Assembly: GCA_044360315.1 (NCBI GenBank) | Contig: JBIKKO010000004.1 | Coordinates: 1-62,017, forward strand | DNA length: 62,017 bases | Direction of reading: 5' to 3' | Source: Oligoflexales bacterium | GTDB taxonomy: Bacteria > Bdellovibrionota_B > Oligoflexia > Oligoflexales > RGVZ01 | Part shown: one piece after another, positions 39,031 through 50,070 of the stretch | Layout of the letters: each line of letters begins with the position of its first letter | Position numbering within the stretch: the first letter of the stretch is position 1 | The notes under the pieces: generated by a model | What the model saw: the letters and a program-made list of their open reading frames with translations, nothing else | Told to the model about the DNA's origin: nothing | Databases searched by the model: none | Program-made: the position numbers and the translations under genes

Positions 39031-40011
39031 ATGGTCGCAAAAGTAGCGTTTGTCATGATGGTTCCATGGCTTTTGTGGTCGTGCCTTCCGCCGAAAGGCG
39101 GAGTATCGCGGTTAAGAAGCGGGGTTACGGTCTCACAATCTGTCACGATCACGCCTGATTCCGCAAGCTCGACGGTTATTGGCTTGGCACACAATTCCAG
39201 TGAGGGGAGACTTGAGCAATATAAAATGTCTTCGCTTGATGTTTCAGTACCAAAATCTAATGGGGTGATTGATCTGGAGGGTGATAGTAATACGGTTCGG
39301 CTCGCCCCCGTAAAGTTTAAAGTCTCCATGACAGCGGTAGATTCCGTAAGCTCGGCAAAGCTTGAGTGTTTGTCCCAAAAAGCAGACTTTGGGAAGTCAT
39401 CGATTCAATGCAGTAAACTAGGCGGAGTTAACTCTGGTGGCGATCCAAACATTTTGGTCGCAAATTTGATTATCCAAAAGAAGATTGGAATTTCTGCTGC
39501 GCTTGCTCAGTTAAAGGCAAATCATATGAAGGATAAAAATCCTTCACAAACCTTTGAGCAACAGTGGAAGTCCCTTGAGCGGAGTGTCATGCCTGGTGGC
39601 AAGCTTTATGGCAAGAAAGATGCGATTTTGTCCGAGATACTTGCGTTTAAATCCCCTATTAAGGAAGCCCTAGCTCAACGCCTCGCTGCTGCCATCATTG
39701 ATGTTTACCGCAGGGGTAATCAGACAGGCCAGCCACCCCAGTCGGGTCCTCTTAGTCAGGTGGATCATGAGATCGCTAAATACGTGCTGGAACAGCCAGG
39801 CGCGACCGTCACTGAGGCCTTATATTTTGTTGGAACTAATATCGTGAGGATTCCAAACTCAAGCGCAGCTCGTTGGACCAAGCTTGAGACAACAGCCACC
39901 ACGTCCCGTGGAGACGTGTATCTCTTGCGAGACCAGATTAATGCCTGGGGAGTTAATTTAGGCTATAGCCCAATGGTTGTAGCTGAGAAGGTAGCTAAAA
40001 ACACCAGGTGA
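39031..40011 (+). CDS. Hypothetical lipoprotein
   Basis: Lipobox LWS-C and RBS AAGGAG; starts 11 nt after the GP-repeat lipoprotein stop. Confidence 0.65.
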   Translation: MVAKVAFVMMVPWLLWSCLPPKGGVSRLRSGVTVSQSVTITPDSASSTVIGLAHNSSEGRLEQYKMSSLDVSVPKSNGVIDLEGDSNTVRLAPVKFKVSMTAVDSVSSAKLECLSQKADFGKSSIQCSKLGGVNSGGDPNILVANLIIQKKIGISAALAQLKANHMKDKNPSQTFEQQWKSLERSVMPGGKLYGKKDAILSEILAFKSPIKEALAQRLAAAIIDVYRRGNQTGQPPQSGPLSQVDHEIAKYVLEQPGATVTEALYFVGTNIVRIPNSSAARWTKLETTATTSRGDVYLLRDQINAWGVNLGYSPMVVAEKVAKNTR

Positions 40012-40056
40012 TAATTTAGTTTAGTCTTATGATAGTTTAGTGGGAGGCGCATCATG

Positions 40057-40788
40057 CTATTTTACAGAGATGGAGATCGAAGTGGGTTCTCCGCCCCGTA
40101 GCAGCTCCACCTCAATTGAGGATGTGTCTTTCAAGGACTTAAGTGTAGAAATGGCTCCAGCCACACTGTTAAGTTTTAATCCATTGAGTGACGTAATGAT
40201 GTCGTCGTCTCTTAGGCCGCCCTTTGTGAAAATGCTGTCTTCATCGATTTGATACAATCTAAAGCCTACAATTAGACCAGACTGCACCACAGGCTCAGCT
40301 GTGGCTTGCATGAGAATTTTTGAGAGGTCGTGGTTGGCGATTTTGTCGCGGTAAGTACTAGTCATTGTGACTTTACCATTTGAACGCTCAAAGCCATCTT
40401 CTTTGTAATTGCCGTTAGGGTTGACCGCTGGGCCACGCTGATCACTTGGCGATGATCGGAATTCGCCAGCAAATTTTTCCAAGTATACAAGATAGTGTTT
40501 GGCGTCTCGGGTGATGACGCGGATGTATTTCTCGGATACGTCAGTGACTTTATATTTTGTATCTATTATATGATTGATCTTAACCGCTGTTACCTGTCCG
40601 CTCGACAGAACCTTTACAAGAGCAACGTTGTTGTCGGGAGTTTTCTGAGCGATTGTGCCCATAATCAAAAACCCGAGTGTGTTGCCATCCACGGGCTTTG
40701 CTTTTTGTAGCAAGACTTGGCCGTTCAGTGGTAACGCCAAGGCGGCGAATACCAGCTGAATTGACCATCGCTTTGTGTGTCTAATCAA
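40057..40788 (-). CDS. GspC-like protein (HR domain plus C-terminal PDZ)
   Basis: 'LIMGTI.....NVALV' HR pattern and 'GFRLYQID.DSIF..GGLRDDDIITSLNG' PDZ pattern. Confidence 0.8.
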   Translation of the reverse strand: MIRHTKRWSIQLVFAALALPLNGQVLLQKAKPVDGNTLGFLIMGTIAQKTPDNNVALVKVLSSGQVTAVKINHIIDTKYKVTDVSEKYIRVITRDAKHYLVYLEKFAGEFRSSPSDQRGPAVNPNGNYKEDGFERSNGKVTMTSTYRDKIANHDLSKILMQATAEPVVQSGLIVGFRLYQIDEDSIFTKGGLRDDDIITSLNGLKLNSVAGAISTLKSLKDTSSIEVELLRGGEPTSISISVK

Positions 40789-40945
40789 AGTATGTAACCC
40801 TCTATGTCTTAAGGTCCTTTAGGGATATCGGCTGCGGAAGGAAGGAGTTAAGTGACCACACATTGCCCATAATCGCTAACGCATTGACTTTTATAGGTAA
40901 AGGGTTGAAAATGGGAGGAAATCTAACTTACAAAAGGGCCCTGTC

Positions 40946-41653
40946 ATGGTTGAGCGCAAGAAAATCCGGAAGCTTCTCAGCAATAAAGTCCAACAACTCA
41001 ACGAAGTGATTGCTGACATTGACAATATTTTAACTGAGATGGAGACAGAGTTCTACCGAGTTTGTATTTTTGGTTCTGCTCGGATCGGTGTTGACAGTCC
41101 TTTCTATCAGCAGGCTTACGAACTCGCCAAGGAGCTGGCGCGTCGCGGTGTTGATATCGTGACCGGCGGTGGCCCAGGATTGATGGAAGCTGCAAATCGC
41201 GGTGCTAAGGATGGCAGTAATTTGAGTCGATCAATTGGGCTGCCCATCGAGTTACCGTTTGAAACAGACGCCAATGCGCATTTAGATGTGAAGCATCATC
41301 ATCGGAGATTTTCGTCCAGGCTTGATGAATTTATGCGGATTAGTCATGCAGTTGTGATCACTCCGGGAGGGATTGGAACACTCCTTGAAATGTTTTATAC
41401 GTGGCAGCTGATGCAGGTTAACCACATCAAACCTCGTCCATTTATCCTTCTTGGCCATAGTATGTTTGATCCGTTGATAAAGTATCTGGAGGACGGCCCT
41501 GTTTCCTTGAATTTAATGAGCCGTGACGACATGCGCATGGTTCAGGTCGTGGATACGGTGGACGAGGTTGTTAAGTGCCTAGAACCTCATATTGAGCATT
41601 TTCGAAGACTTCACAGCGATACGCAAACTAAACCAGGACCAAAGAGACGATGA
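40946..41653 (+). CDS. LOG family protein (TIGR00730-like)
   Basis: FGSAR, TGGGPGLMEAANRGA and PGGIGTLLE motifs. Confidence 0.92.
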   Translation: MVERKKIRKLLSNKVQQLNEVIADIDNILTEMETEFYRVCIFGSARIGVDSPFYQQAYELAKELARRGVDIVTGGGPGLMEAANRGAKDGSNLSRSIGLPIELPFETDANAHLDVKHHHRRFSSRLDEFMRISHAVVITPGGIGTLLEMFYTWQLMQVNHIKPRPFILLGHSMFDPLIKYLEDGPVSLNLMSRDDMRMVQVVDTVDEVVKCLEPHIEHFRRLHSDTQTKPGPKRR

Positions 41654-42510
41654 TCAAGATTCTGAAGGTTTGTCGCGGAAGTTTGGTCATGTTGGCGATC
41701 TGCGCTATTTTGGTTCCGATCAACATGTTCCAATTACTGACGTTAGCTGTATTGCCTTTTGATCGAAAAGCGTTTATGCGCATCAATATGTCAGTTAAGC
41801 AGTTCTTCGGCGGCTTCGTCGTAGCTGGCGCGAGGCTGTGTGGAAATACGTTAGTCGTAACCGGTGAGCCTCCTAAGGCGGAAAACTCGCTTGTCTTTGC
41901 AAACCACCAGTCAATGAGTGATATCATTTTGATTTGGAGCTGGGCACATCATGTTGGGACGATTGGTTGGATTAAATGGTTTGCAAAAGATGTGCTGAAG
42001 TACATCCCAGGACTGGGGTGGGGCATGATGTTTTTAAATACATTGTTCGTAAAACGAGATTGGGCAAAAGACGCTGATTCTATTCGCGCAACATTTGCCA
42101 AGTTGCGTGATGGACAGCTGCCAACCTGGCTTGTGATCTTCCCTGAGGGAACTCGGATGAAACCGGCCAAATTTGCAACCAGTCGTGCCTATGCTCAGCG
42201 CAAGGGACTGCCTGTTTTAGATCATGTATTGATTCCCCGAGGTCGAGGAATTCATGCGTGTCTACAAGGGATGTCTGGTCATCTTCAAACGGTGTATGAT
42301 GTCACGATTCAATATGAGGGTGGTGCACCGCAACTTCTTGCCTTTTTTTTGAAGGGTGGCTACAAGGCGCGACTTCACGCAACACGGTATGACCCAGGAA
42401 CCCTTCCTGAGCGTGAGAGGGATTTGAATCAGTGGATTTTGGAAGTGTTTATGAAAAAAGATCAATTGTTGGCTCATGGTTTGGAGCGTTTGAGCCCACC
42501 TCCTCAATAA
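41650..42510 (+). CDS. Lysophospholipid acyltransferase (PlsC/YihG-like)
   Basis: NHQS..D and FPEGTR motifs; YDVTI.Y. Confidence 0.9.
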   Translation: MIKILKVCRGSLVMLAICAILVPINMFQLLTLAVLPFDRKAFMRINMSVKQFFGGFVVAGARLCGNTLVVTGEPPKAENSLVFANHQSMSDIILIWSWAHHVGTIGWIKWFAKDVLKYIPGLGWGMMFLNTLFVKRDWAKDADSIRATFAKLRDGQLPTWLVIFPEGTRMKPAKFATSRAYAQRKGLPVLDHVLIPRGRGIHACLQGMSGHLQTVYDVTIQYEGGAPQLLAFFLKGGYKARLHATRYDPGTLPERERDLNQWILEVFMKKDQLLAHGLERLSPPPQ

Positions 42511-42524
42511 TTAGGTTTAGTCGT

Positions 42525-42558
42525 CCAAGGCATTGATGCACTACATATAATGCCTTGG
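42525..42558. terminator. Possible bidirectional hairpin between convergent genes
   Basis: 10-bp inverted repeat CCAAGGCATT / AATGCCTTGG with a 14-nt loop; no strong U-tract. Confidence 0.35.
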
Positions 42559-42649
42559 TGGTCATGTTCAGTACATTTTGTGAATGAGATCTTCGTTGAC
42601 GTGCACCGGTTTGGAGGCGTTATTTGTTTTAACAGTTAAGCGGCATGAG

Positions 42650-43033
42650 TTACCCCAAAAGCCGAGCTAGATGCAAGGTGTTCATATACTCCTTTACATG
42701 AATAAAAACTCCATTTTTGATCTTGATGAGGAAATGGTACTTGTTTTGGTATCGCTTGCCGTTAGTATGAAGCCCGTCTGATTCGACTTCGGCAGCAACG
42801 GTATCTCCTTCGGCGATCATGCTTTTTACGGTCAACTTAAATCCGTCAGGGAAACCGCGCTGGATGTTTTGGACGATATTCATGTAAGCGCGCTTGTCCT
42901 TAAGTCCAGAAAATGGCAACTCCTCGGGAACCCACCATATTACATCATCAGATACCAGTTTGAAGGCGTCCTCGATCCGTCCATTTGAGACATTTGAAAA
43001 AAACTGATCTACAATTTCCTTAGGTTGCAACAT
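42650..43033 (-). CDS. SnoaL/NTF2-like (ketosteroid isomerase-like) protein
   Basis: 'DDVIWWVP..LPFSG', 'IAEGDTVAAE', 'Y.N.YHF' and 'VKEYMNT' motifs. Confidence 0.88.
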   Translation of the reverse strand: MLQPKEIVDQFFSNVSNGRIEDAFKLVSDDVIWWVPEELPFSGLKDKRAYMNIVQNIQRGFPDGFKLTVKSMIAEGDTVAAEVESDGLHTNGKRYQNKYHFLIKIKNGVFIHVKEYMNTLHLARLLG

Positions 43034-43181
43034 TTTATTAATCCTCATTATACAGGTGACGTTGGTTAGCCGAATCATAGATCTTCTTGTGACGTGTGTC
43101 TTTGATCTAGATCAATTTCCCGGGGGTTTTGTGAGAGAACACTTAAATAATTTAGCGGACTGGTTTATTGCGGTTGGCCGG

Positions 43182-43712
43182 ATGGAGCCTAAATATGTTT
43201 CCGAAATATTTGATAATTTTAGACCTGTCGAGTTAAAGGCAGGACAATATTTCGTGAGGGCAGGTGATTTGAATCCTGGCTTAGCATACATACAAAAGGG
43301 TTTGTTTAAGAGTAGCTTCGATACCCCAGATGGTAAAGAAGTGATTCAGGCCTTATTTGGAGAACGTGAGATAATGTGTCCCTATGCAGAGGTGGTTGGA
43401 GGCTATGAGGCCATGGCGCATATGATTGCAGTCGAGGATAGTTTGATCTACGTTATGGAAGCTCAGCGTTTTCGGCGGCTGTTAGAGACGCAACCATTTT
43501 TAGATCGTGCAGCACGGTTGCTTGCAGAGAAGTATTTGGTAGCGCGCGTCATGCGGGAAAGAATATTATTGATTGGTGATGCTAGGTCGCGATTGCAATT
43601 TTTCCGTGAAAATTTCGGAAAGTTTGAATCCAGGTTGAAGCGATCAGAGATAGCAGCCTTTGTCGGGGTCGATCCGGCAACGTTGAGTCGTATCGATAAG
43701 AGGCGTGATTAG
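43182..43712 (+). CDS. Crp/Fnr family transcriptional regulator
   Basis: cNMP-binding domain plus HTH 'IAAFVGVDPATLSRI'. ATG at 43182 is preferred over GTG 43056. Confidence 0.88.
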   Translation: MEPKYVSEIFDNFRPVELKAGQYFVRAGDLNPGLAYIQKGLFKSSFDTPDGKEVIQALFGEREIMCPYAEVVGGYEAMAHMIAVEDSLIYVMEAQRFRRLLETQPFLDRAARLLAEKYLVARVMRERILLIGDARSRLQFFRENFGKFESRLKRSEIAAFVGVDPATLSRIDKRRD

Positions 43713-43857
43713 ACTGGCGCTTTTAATTGTCATATCGCCATCAGCTCTAAGATGGGTCCTTTCTTTTTCCTATCTTAAAATGTTAGTATTGCTTAACTTA
43801 ACTTGTAGCATTCACAGGTTTTGACTTTGTAGAAGCGTAGTTTAAGGAAGCCAGCAC

Positions 43858-44313
43858 GTGCAAATTTGGATCGATAATGACGGATGCCCAGGCCGGATGA
43901 GAGATATTGTTTTCAAGGCTTCCATGCGCCTTTCGGTCCCTGTGATCGTCGTTGGCAATAGCTACATGCATGCACCTGCAGGTGGACTTATCAAAATGGT
44001 GGTGGTCCCCGGAGGTTTTGATGCTGCTGATCAATATATTATTGAGCACGTGGCTCCGGGTCATTTAGTTATAACGTCCGATATACCTTTGGCATCGGCC
44101 ATCGTTGCCAAGGGGGCGTTTGGCCTCAGTAGTCGGGGCGAAGAGTTTAATAAAGAGAATGTTCAGGAACGTTTAGCCATTCGCAATCTTTCTGCGGAAA
44201 TCCGCTCAACAGGAGCCTTGCCTGGCGGACCATCGGCCTTGGGTGCTCGTGATATTAGTAAATTTGCATCGGCGTTTGATCGTCTGATAACTAGACTTTG
44301 TAAATCATCATAA
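43858..44313 (+). CDS. YaiI/YqxD (UPF0178) family protein
   Basis: IWIDNDGCP, DAADQYI, VITSDIPLA and GGP motifs. Confidence 0.92.
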   Translation: MQIWIDNDGCPGRMRDIVFKASMRLSVPVIVVGNSYMHAPAGGLIKMVVVPGGFDAADQYIIEHVAPGHLVITSDIPLASAIVAKGAFGLSSRGEEFNKENVQERLAIRNLSAEIRSTGALPGGPSALGARDISKFASAFDRLITRLCKSS

Positions 44314-44359
44314 AACAATGACAGGTGATAATCTCTGATCTTACCGTCTGAGCCAGGTG

Positions 44360-44851
44360 TTACGAGCCAAATTTGATCCCGCATATTGTATATTCTATTG
44401 GCCCTTTGGGTGTGTGGGCTTCGGCAAAGTCGCCAACCTCTTTATTCATCAAAGCACGACCAAGTGGTGATAGCCAACTTATCCGCGAGGTTGACGGGTC
44501 TGCTTCATCTTCTCCCACAATAGACCAGGTTTTTTGCCGACCATCCTCATCGCTGATTGTTACGGTAGCGCCAAAAGATACTTTGTTTCCGCTTTGGAGT
44601 TTGGGATCGATGACTTTGGCTTTCTCGAGCCTCCCCTTCAAAAAATTGATGCGCCGATCAATTTCTCTAAGACGTCGTCTGCCGTAGATGTATTCTGCAT
44701 TTTCACTGCGGTCACCTTGGGCTGCCGCTGCAGCTATCTCATCCAATAATTTTGGTCGTTCCTGATCGGCTAGATGGCGCAGTTCGGCAAACAGGCGATC
44801 ATATCCAGACGGCGTGATGAGGTTTTGCTTTTTTGGATTCTCAGCTGGCAT
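44360..44851 (-). CDS. greB: Transcription elongation factor GreB
   Basis: GDRSENAEYIYGRRRLREIDRRI and ISWLSPLGRAL motifs. Confidence 0.93.
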   Translation of the reverse strand: MPAENPKKQNLITPSGYDRLFAELRHLADQERPKLLDEIAAAAAQGDRSENAEYIYGRRRLREIDRRINFLKGRLEKAKVIDPKLQSGNKVSFGATVTISDEDGRQKTWSIVGEDEADPSTSRISWLSPLGRALMNKEVGDFAEAHTPKGPIEYTICGIKFGS

Positions 44852-44863
44852 TATGACTCGTTA

Positions 44864-45340
44864 TTAAATGAAAAGTTGGACTATGAACAAGACGGCAGCC
44901 GCAAAGGCCCCAGCAATAATATCGTCAAAGAAAGTACCCCACGCACCAGGCGCATGCTCATCCACATAGCCGATCGGACCTGGCTTCCAGATGTCAAATA
45001 AGCGAAACAATAAAAATCCACCAACAATGTGTAACGTATCGAATGGAAACCATGCAAGCGTAACAAACATTCCAGCAAACTCGTCGATGACGATTCGAGG
45101 ATCGTCATGAGTGTTCCAAACCCTCTCGGTTATGGCTGTGGCCCAAAGTCCAACGACAGATACGAGCCCTATGAGTAAACCAGTTTGCAGGTGAGTCCAC
45201 TGATACTGGTGAAAGAGCCAGATAAACGGCACTGCAGCAGCAGAGCCGAAAGTCCCGGGAGCTTTAGGTGCGAGACCAGATCCAAATCCTGTGGCTATGG
45301 CAATTGCAAATCGATCGAAAAGAGATTTCATAAAGGCCAC
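44864..45340 (-). CDS. pgpA: Phosphatidylglycerophosphatase A
   Basis: APGTFGS, DDPRIVIDE, FRLFDIWKP and DDIIAG motifs. Confidence 0.95.
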   Translation of the reverse strand: MAFMKSLFDRFAIAIATGFGSGLAPKAPGTFGSAAAVPFIWLFHQYQWTHLQTGLLIGLVSVVGLWATAITERVWNTHDDPRIVIDEFAGMFVTLAWFPFDTLHIVGGFLLFRLFDIWKPGPIGYVDEHAPGAWGTFFDDIIAGAFAAAVLFIVQLFI

Positions 45341-45345
45341 TGGAA

Positions 45346-45882
45346 CTATTTGAATTTAATAAGTTCGGCGCCTGTCGATACGGTTTCGGCCTCTTTAGCC
45401 TTGATTGTATCGATGACACCGGCTGTGTGTGATACCACTCTATTTTCCATTTTCATGGCTTCGATAATCATCAGTGTATCGCCAGATTTAACTTCGTCAC
45501 CCGGTTTGACAAATACCTTCAATACCTTCCCCGTAATCTGGCTTCGAATCACTGCGGGTTTCTTTTTGGTGTTGTTTTCCCCTGATCCCAAGCCTGGGAC
45601 ATAAAGACTGACCGTAGCTTCAAGATTCGCAGGATGTCTAGCTCCTGACGCCGAAAATTCCGCGCTGACCGCCAGCTCACCGTCTCCGGCGAATCTTGTA
45701 ACTGTTCTTGTTCTGAGGTTTAGGGGCGTCCAGCCCGCGTTGTCATCGGGCATCAAAACAAACAATGTGCGGGTTTGCCGCTGCCATCGCAGCTTGACTG
45801 GCTTGCCGTCGATTGAGGCGTCAAATTCCGTGTTGTCTACGATGGTATCAGGGAGTTGAATCAGATGAGGTTTATCTGCCAT
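45346..45882 (-). CDS. Biotin carboxyl carrier subunit of an acyl-CoA carboxylase
   Basis: EAMKMEN biotinylation motif preceded by a BT-like domain. Confidence 0.9.
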   Translation of the reverse strand: MADKPHLIQLPDTIVDNTEFDASIDGKPVKLRWQRQTRTLFVLMPDDNAGWTPLNLRTRTVTRFAGDGELAVSAEFSASGARHPANLEATVSLYVPGLGSGENNTKKKPAVIRSQITGKVLKVFVKPGDEVKSGDTLMIIEAMKMENRVVSHTAGVIDTIKAKEAETVSTGAELIKFK

Positions 45883-45900
45883 TGTTACAGACCAATGCAT

Positions 45901-47469
45901 TTACAGACCTCCTTTTGTTATGGCGCTGACTCGTCCGCGGGCTCGCCATAGGCTCCCTGTCGCTTCAGATGTTTTGCCGGACGTTTGCGCTGAGGAACCC
46001 GCGCTCCCACGGGCTTGATCCTCGCTGGCTAAAACCGCAGCTAACAAGGCCGCCCTGGCGTTTAGGTCGCGATCATTGAGCGAGAAGGCATCTTTGAAAT
46101 AGGCGGCTTCCTTTTCAAGGAATCCTGTGTTGTGAGATCCCTCCAGGAAGGTCGGATGGCGGAGTACCGCTTCATGAAACTTTGCTGTGGTCGGTACACC
46201 GTCGATTTCAAATTCGGCTAAGGCACGTTTCATTCGTTCAATGGCAATCTCGCGGCTGGGGCCCCAGACAATAAGCTTTGCGACCATAGAGTCGTAAAAC
46301 TGGGGTATCTCATAGCCTGAGTAAAGATGGGAGTCGATGCGGACTCCTGGACCAGCAGGAAAACGAACCTGATTGACCCTTCCAGGTCCGGGCAGGAATC
46401 CCTTTGCTGGATCTTCAGCATTGATGCGTGCCTCGATAGCCCATCCGCGAAGCTTTATGTCTTCTTGTTTGAAGGGTAATTTTTCCCCGCAGGCAATCAA
46501 GATCTGCCAACGCACCAGATCCACGTCAGAGATCTCTTCACTAACGGTGTGCTCAACTTGAATGCGTGTATTCATCTCCATGAAGTAGACCTTCTCTGGG
46601 GATTCGCAGATAAACTCAATTGTGCCAGCAGACGCGTACCCGGAAGCCTTCGCGGCAACGACCGCTCGTCGCCCAATTTCAGCTCTCTGTTCTGGGTTCA
46701 AAAAAAGACTGGGTGCTTCTTCGATTAGTTTTTGGTGTCTGCGTTGGATTGAACAATCGCGTTCAAACAGGTGAATTCCATTTCCGTGCTCGTCAAAGAG
46801 TACTTGAACCTCAATGTGCCTTGGGTTTTCGATATAGCGTTCGCAAAAAACCGCCGGGTTACCAAAGTAGCTCTGTGCCTCTCTCGTGCACGCCGCAAAT
46901 GCCTCATCCAGCTCCTTCATGGTTCGAACCACTCGCATGCCTCGTCCACCGCCTCCAGCTGCGGCTTTTAAGATCATTGGAAAACCAATGCTTTTTGCAT
47001 GTTGCTGTAAATCTTCGACATCACGCAATGGGTTTTCAGATCCTGGAACACAAGGAACTTTGTGCTCCTTCATGAGGTGCTTTGCTGCGATCTTGTCGCC
47101 CATAAGGCGCATGGCCTTTGCCGACGGTCCTACAAACTTTGCCCCAGCATTTGTCACGGCGTCAGCAAAATCAGCATTCTCCGAGAGAAATCCATAGCCT
47201 GGATGAACCGCATCAGCTTTGGACGACTTCACAGCTGCGACGATGACCGGTATATTTAGGTAGGTCTCCGCAGGTGTGTTTCCTGGAAGACGCACGGCGT
47301 AGTCGGCTAGTTTTACATGCAGGGAAAACTGGTCTGCATCGCTATAAAGCGCCACTGTTTCGATTCCAAGATCTTGCGCTGCACGAATGATGCGTACAGC
47401 GATTTCACCACGATTCGCGATTAGAAGCCGTTTGATTGGTTTCTTCAATACTTTAGTGTCAATGGCCAT
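45901..47469 (-). CDS. accC: Biotin carboxylase subunit
   Basis: LIANRGEIA, HPGYGFLSEN, GGGGRGMR, RDCSIQRRHQK and FMEMNTRIQVEH motifs. Confidence 0.95.
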   Translation of the reverse strand: MAIDTKVLKKPIKRLLIANRGEIAVRIIRAAQDLGIETVALYSDADQFSLHVKLADYAVRLPGNTPAETYLNIPVIVAAVKSSKADAVHPGYGFLSENADFADAVTNAGAKFVGPSAKAMRLMGDKIAAKHLMKEHKVPCVPGSENPLRDVEDLQQHAKSIGFPMILKAAAGGGGRGMRVVRTMKELDEAFAACTREAQSYFGNPAVFCERYIENPRHIEVQVLFDEHGNGIHLFERDCSIQRRHQKLIEEAPSLFLNPEQRAEIGRRAVVAAKASGYASAGTIEFICESPEKVYFMEMNTRIQVEHTVSEEISDVDLVRWQILIACGEKLPFKQEDIKLRGWAIEARINAEDPAKGFLPGPGRVNQVRFPAGPGVRIDSHLYSGYEIPQFYDSMVAKLIVWGPSREIAIERMKRALAEFEIDGVPTTAKFHEAVLRHPTFLEGSHNTGFLEKEAAYFKDAFSLNDRDLNARAALLAAVLASEDQARGSAGSSAQTSGKTSEATGSLWRARGRVSAITKGGL

Positions 47470-47487
47470 AGTTGAAAATCCCTACCT

Positions 47488-49062
47488 TTAAAGAGGAATG
47501 TTGCCATGTTTACGTTTAGGTCCCTCTTCGCGTTTGGTGGAAGAGGCGCGTAGGCCCTTGATTAGATAGTCCCGAGTTTCCTCGGGAAGAATGACTGCGT
47601 CGATATAGCCTTTTTGGGCTGCGATGTAGGGGTTAGCAAACTTTTCAGAGTACTGTGCAATCACTTCGCTGCGCCGAGTATCCTGGTCGTTGGCTGCTTG
47701 AATCTCGTTACGGAAAATGATGTTGCAGGCCCCCGCAGCGCCCATGACAGCAATTTCTGCATTAGGCCAGGCAAGGTTTAGGTCTGCACCTATATGCTTG
47801 CTATTCATAACGTCATAAGCTCCGCCGTATGCTTTCCGCGTGATTACGGTTAGCTTAGGAACGGTCGCTTCGCAATAGGCATAGAGAAGTTTTGCTCCGT
47901 GCCGGATGATTCCGCCCTTTTCCTGAGCGGTTCCGGGTAGAAATCCTGGAACATCAACAAATGTAATAAGTGGTATGTTGAATGCATCGCAAAATCTTAC
48001 AAATCGCGCAGCTTTCACGCTGCTATTGATGTCTAGTACGCCGGCAAGGTGATTTGGATTATTGCCAACCACACCAACTGATTGTCCAGCAAGCCGCGCA
48101 AACCCTGTGATGATATGGGGCGCAAATTCAGGTTTGGTTTCAAAAAAACTTCCTGGATCAACAACGCAACGAATCACCTCAGCCATGTCATATGGAAGAT
48201 TGGGATTTGCGGGGACTATTTTATTAATTTTTTGTTTCGCCGTTTCAAGTTCACCCGAAAGGCTGGTATCAGTTGCAGGATCATTGGTCATAATCGCATC
48301 GTCAAGATTATTTGAGGGAATGTAACTTAACAACGCTTTTACCGCGATTAGCATATCCTGCTCAGATGCAAAGCGATTATCGGCCACGCCGCTGATCGCA
48401 GTGTGCGTGTGAGATCCGCCGAGATCATCAAACGTAACTTCTTCCCCTGTGACTGCTTTAATGACATCTGGACCTGTTATGAACATGTGGCTGGTGTTGT
48501 CGACCATGAATGTAAAATCGGTCATCGCTGGAGAATAAACGGCGCCACCTGCACACGGCCCGCAGATCAAAGAAATTTGCGGGATAACTCCTGAGCTCTT
48601 TACGTTACGATAGAAGATATCTGCATATCCGCCGAGGCTAGCAACTCCCTCTTGAATGCGAGCTCCGCCAGAATCATTGATTCCGATGATTGGGGCTCCG
48701 TTTTTAACGGCAAGATCCATGACCTTGCATATTTTCTTTGCCATGGTTAGCGACAGGGATCCGCCAAAAACAGTGAAGTCTTGCGAAAAAATATAGACGA
48801 GTCGGCCATCAATACGACCGAACCCGGTCACTACACCGTCACCAATAAATTTTTTATCCGACATCCCAAAATCAGTGCATTCGTGGGTGACAAATGCATC
48901 TAGCTCAACGAACGAGCCGGCATCTAACAGAAGATGAATGCGTTCACGCGCGGTCAGCTTGCCGCGTTTGTGCTGCTGAGCTTGTCTTTCTTTGCCTCCA
49001 CCATCAAGAGCCTTGGCCCTCATGTCGAGGAGTTTCGTTTTTGCTAACTCATTATCGAACAT
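47488..49062 (-). CDS. pccB: Acyl-CoA (propionyl-CoA) carboxylase carboxyltransferase subunit
   Basis: [37 protein letters not shown] and KHGNIPL motifs. Confidence 0.95.
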   Translation of the reverse strand: MFDNELAKTKLLDMRAKALDGGGKERQAQQHKRGKLTARERIHLLLDAGSFVELDAFVTHECTDFGMSDKKFIGDGVVTGFGRIDGRLVYIFSQDFTVFGGSLSLTMAKKICKVMDLAVKNGAPIIGINDSGGARIQEGVASLGGYADIFYRNVKSSGVIPQISLICGPCAGGAVYSPAMTDFTFMVDNTSHMFITGPDVIKAVTGEEVTFDDLGGSHTHTAISGVADNRFASEQDMLIAVKALLSYIPSNNLDDAIMTNDPATDTSLSGELETAKQKINKIVPANPNLPYDMAEVIRCVVDPGSFFETKPEFAPHIITGFARLAGQSVGVVGNNPNHLAGVLDINSSVKAARFVRFCDAFNIPLITFVDVPGFLPGTAQEKGGIIRHGAKLLYAYCEATVPKLTVITRKAYGGAYDVMNSKHIGADLNLAWPNAEIAVMGAAGACNIIFRNEIQAANDQDTRRSEVIAQYSEKFANPYIAAQKGYIDAVILPEETRDYLIKGLRASSTKREEGPKRKHGNIPL

Positions 49063-49093
49063 GTGATCACCCTTAGTTACTTTATGCAGTATT

Positions 49094-49849
49094 TCATCGG
49101 TATACCTGGCGACCCGGGAATTCAATCCAAATCGCATCTGTCAATAAACGTCGCTTTAAATCTTCAATTGGAGGCGCCTTCATTTCACCTCGCGGCACGG
49201 AGTTCGCGAGGGCCTTGTATACGACCTCAGCCTTACGGCCACCACTCCAAAGAAGTGAACCGTCATTGGTATCAACGAGTAAAATGACGATTGAACCGCT
49301 ACGGACCGAGTTAAGGATGCCACGATCATCTTCAATCCTGGTATTCATCGAGACGAGGATGGGAATCATGAGCGCGTCGGCACCCTTGGTTGCCTTTGAA
49401 AAGTTAGCGAGCCAAATTTGCCATGGACGCCGATCTTGAATACTTTTCACATAAAAGTCTGGAACTGTTTTACAATCTTGACAATCCGTCGCCAGTCCCT
49501 TCCATTCGGTGGCAAGGGATCCTTCAATCGGTAACGACAGGCCTGAGCTGGTGTACAACTTTTCAGTGAGCTTGGGACTTAGGCCGCGCATGTAGGGCTG
49601 GTTGTCAAACCCATCGGCAACATATTTATCGAAGTCGTCACACATGGTTGTGATTTCTGCTTCGGGCCTGTTTATAGGTTGATGATTCCTTATTCTGGTC
49701 GCAACATCGGGCCATCTTATACAGGACAGAAGAGCAATTCTTGCGGGAACGAAACCCTTGCGTGCAGGATTGATTCCAAAACGCACCTCCGGCTGGCTGG
49801 TGTGTAGGCAGGATGACAGTAAGGCAACAATGACCAGTAGACGTAGCAC
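49094..49849 (-). CDS. Hypothetical lipoprotein
   Basis: Lipobox LSS-C and RBS GAGGA; first gene of the carboxylase operon. Confidence 0.7.
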   Translation of the reverse strand: MLRLLVIVALLSSCLHTSQPEVRFGINPARKGFVPARIALLSCIRWPDVATRIRNHQPINRPEAEITTMCDDFDKYVADGFDNQPYMRGLSPKLTEKLYTSSGLSLPIEGSLATEWKGLATDCQDCKTVPDFYVKSIQDRRPWQIWLANFSKATKGADALMIPILVSMNTRIEDDRGILNSVRSGSIVILLVDTNDGSLLWSGGRKAEVVYKALANSVPRGEMKAPPIEDLKRRLLTDAIWIEFPGRQVYR

Positions 49850-50070
49850 GCATGATCCTCAAAGGAGAAGTCAACGAAGCGAGACGTTACCAGATCAACG
49901 GGGGTCTGTGGAATGCGAAAAGCTGTAGACCAGTCTATAAATTGAGCATTTGTCGATTTTCTCAGTGCAGTGAGTGGATAACATTTGTGCTTGTGAACAT
50001 TTAACATTGATTCTTTAGTGACGCATAGAGGCAGCGCATTGGGCGAACGTCGCGTATCAGAGGGCCAGCC

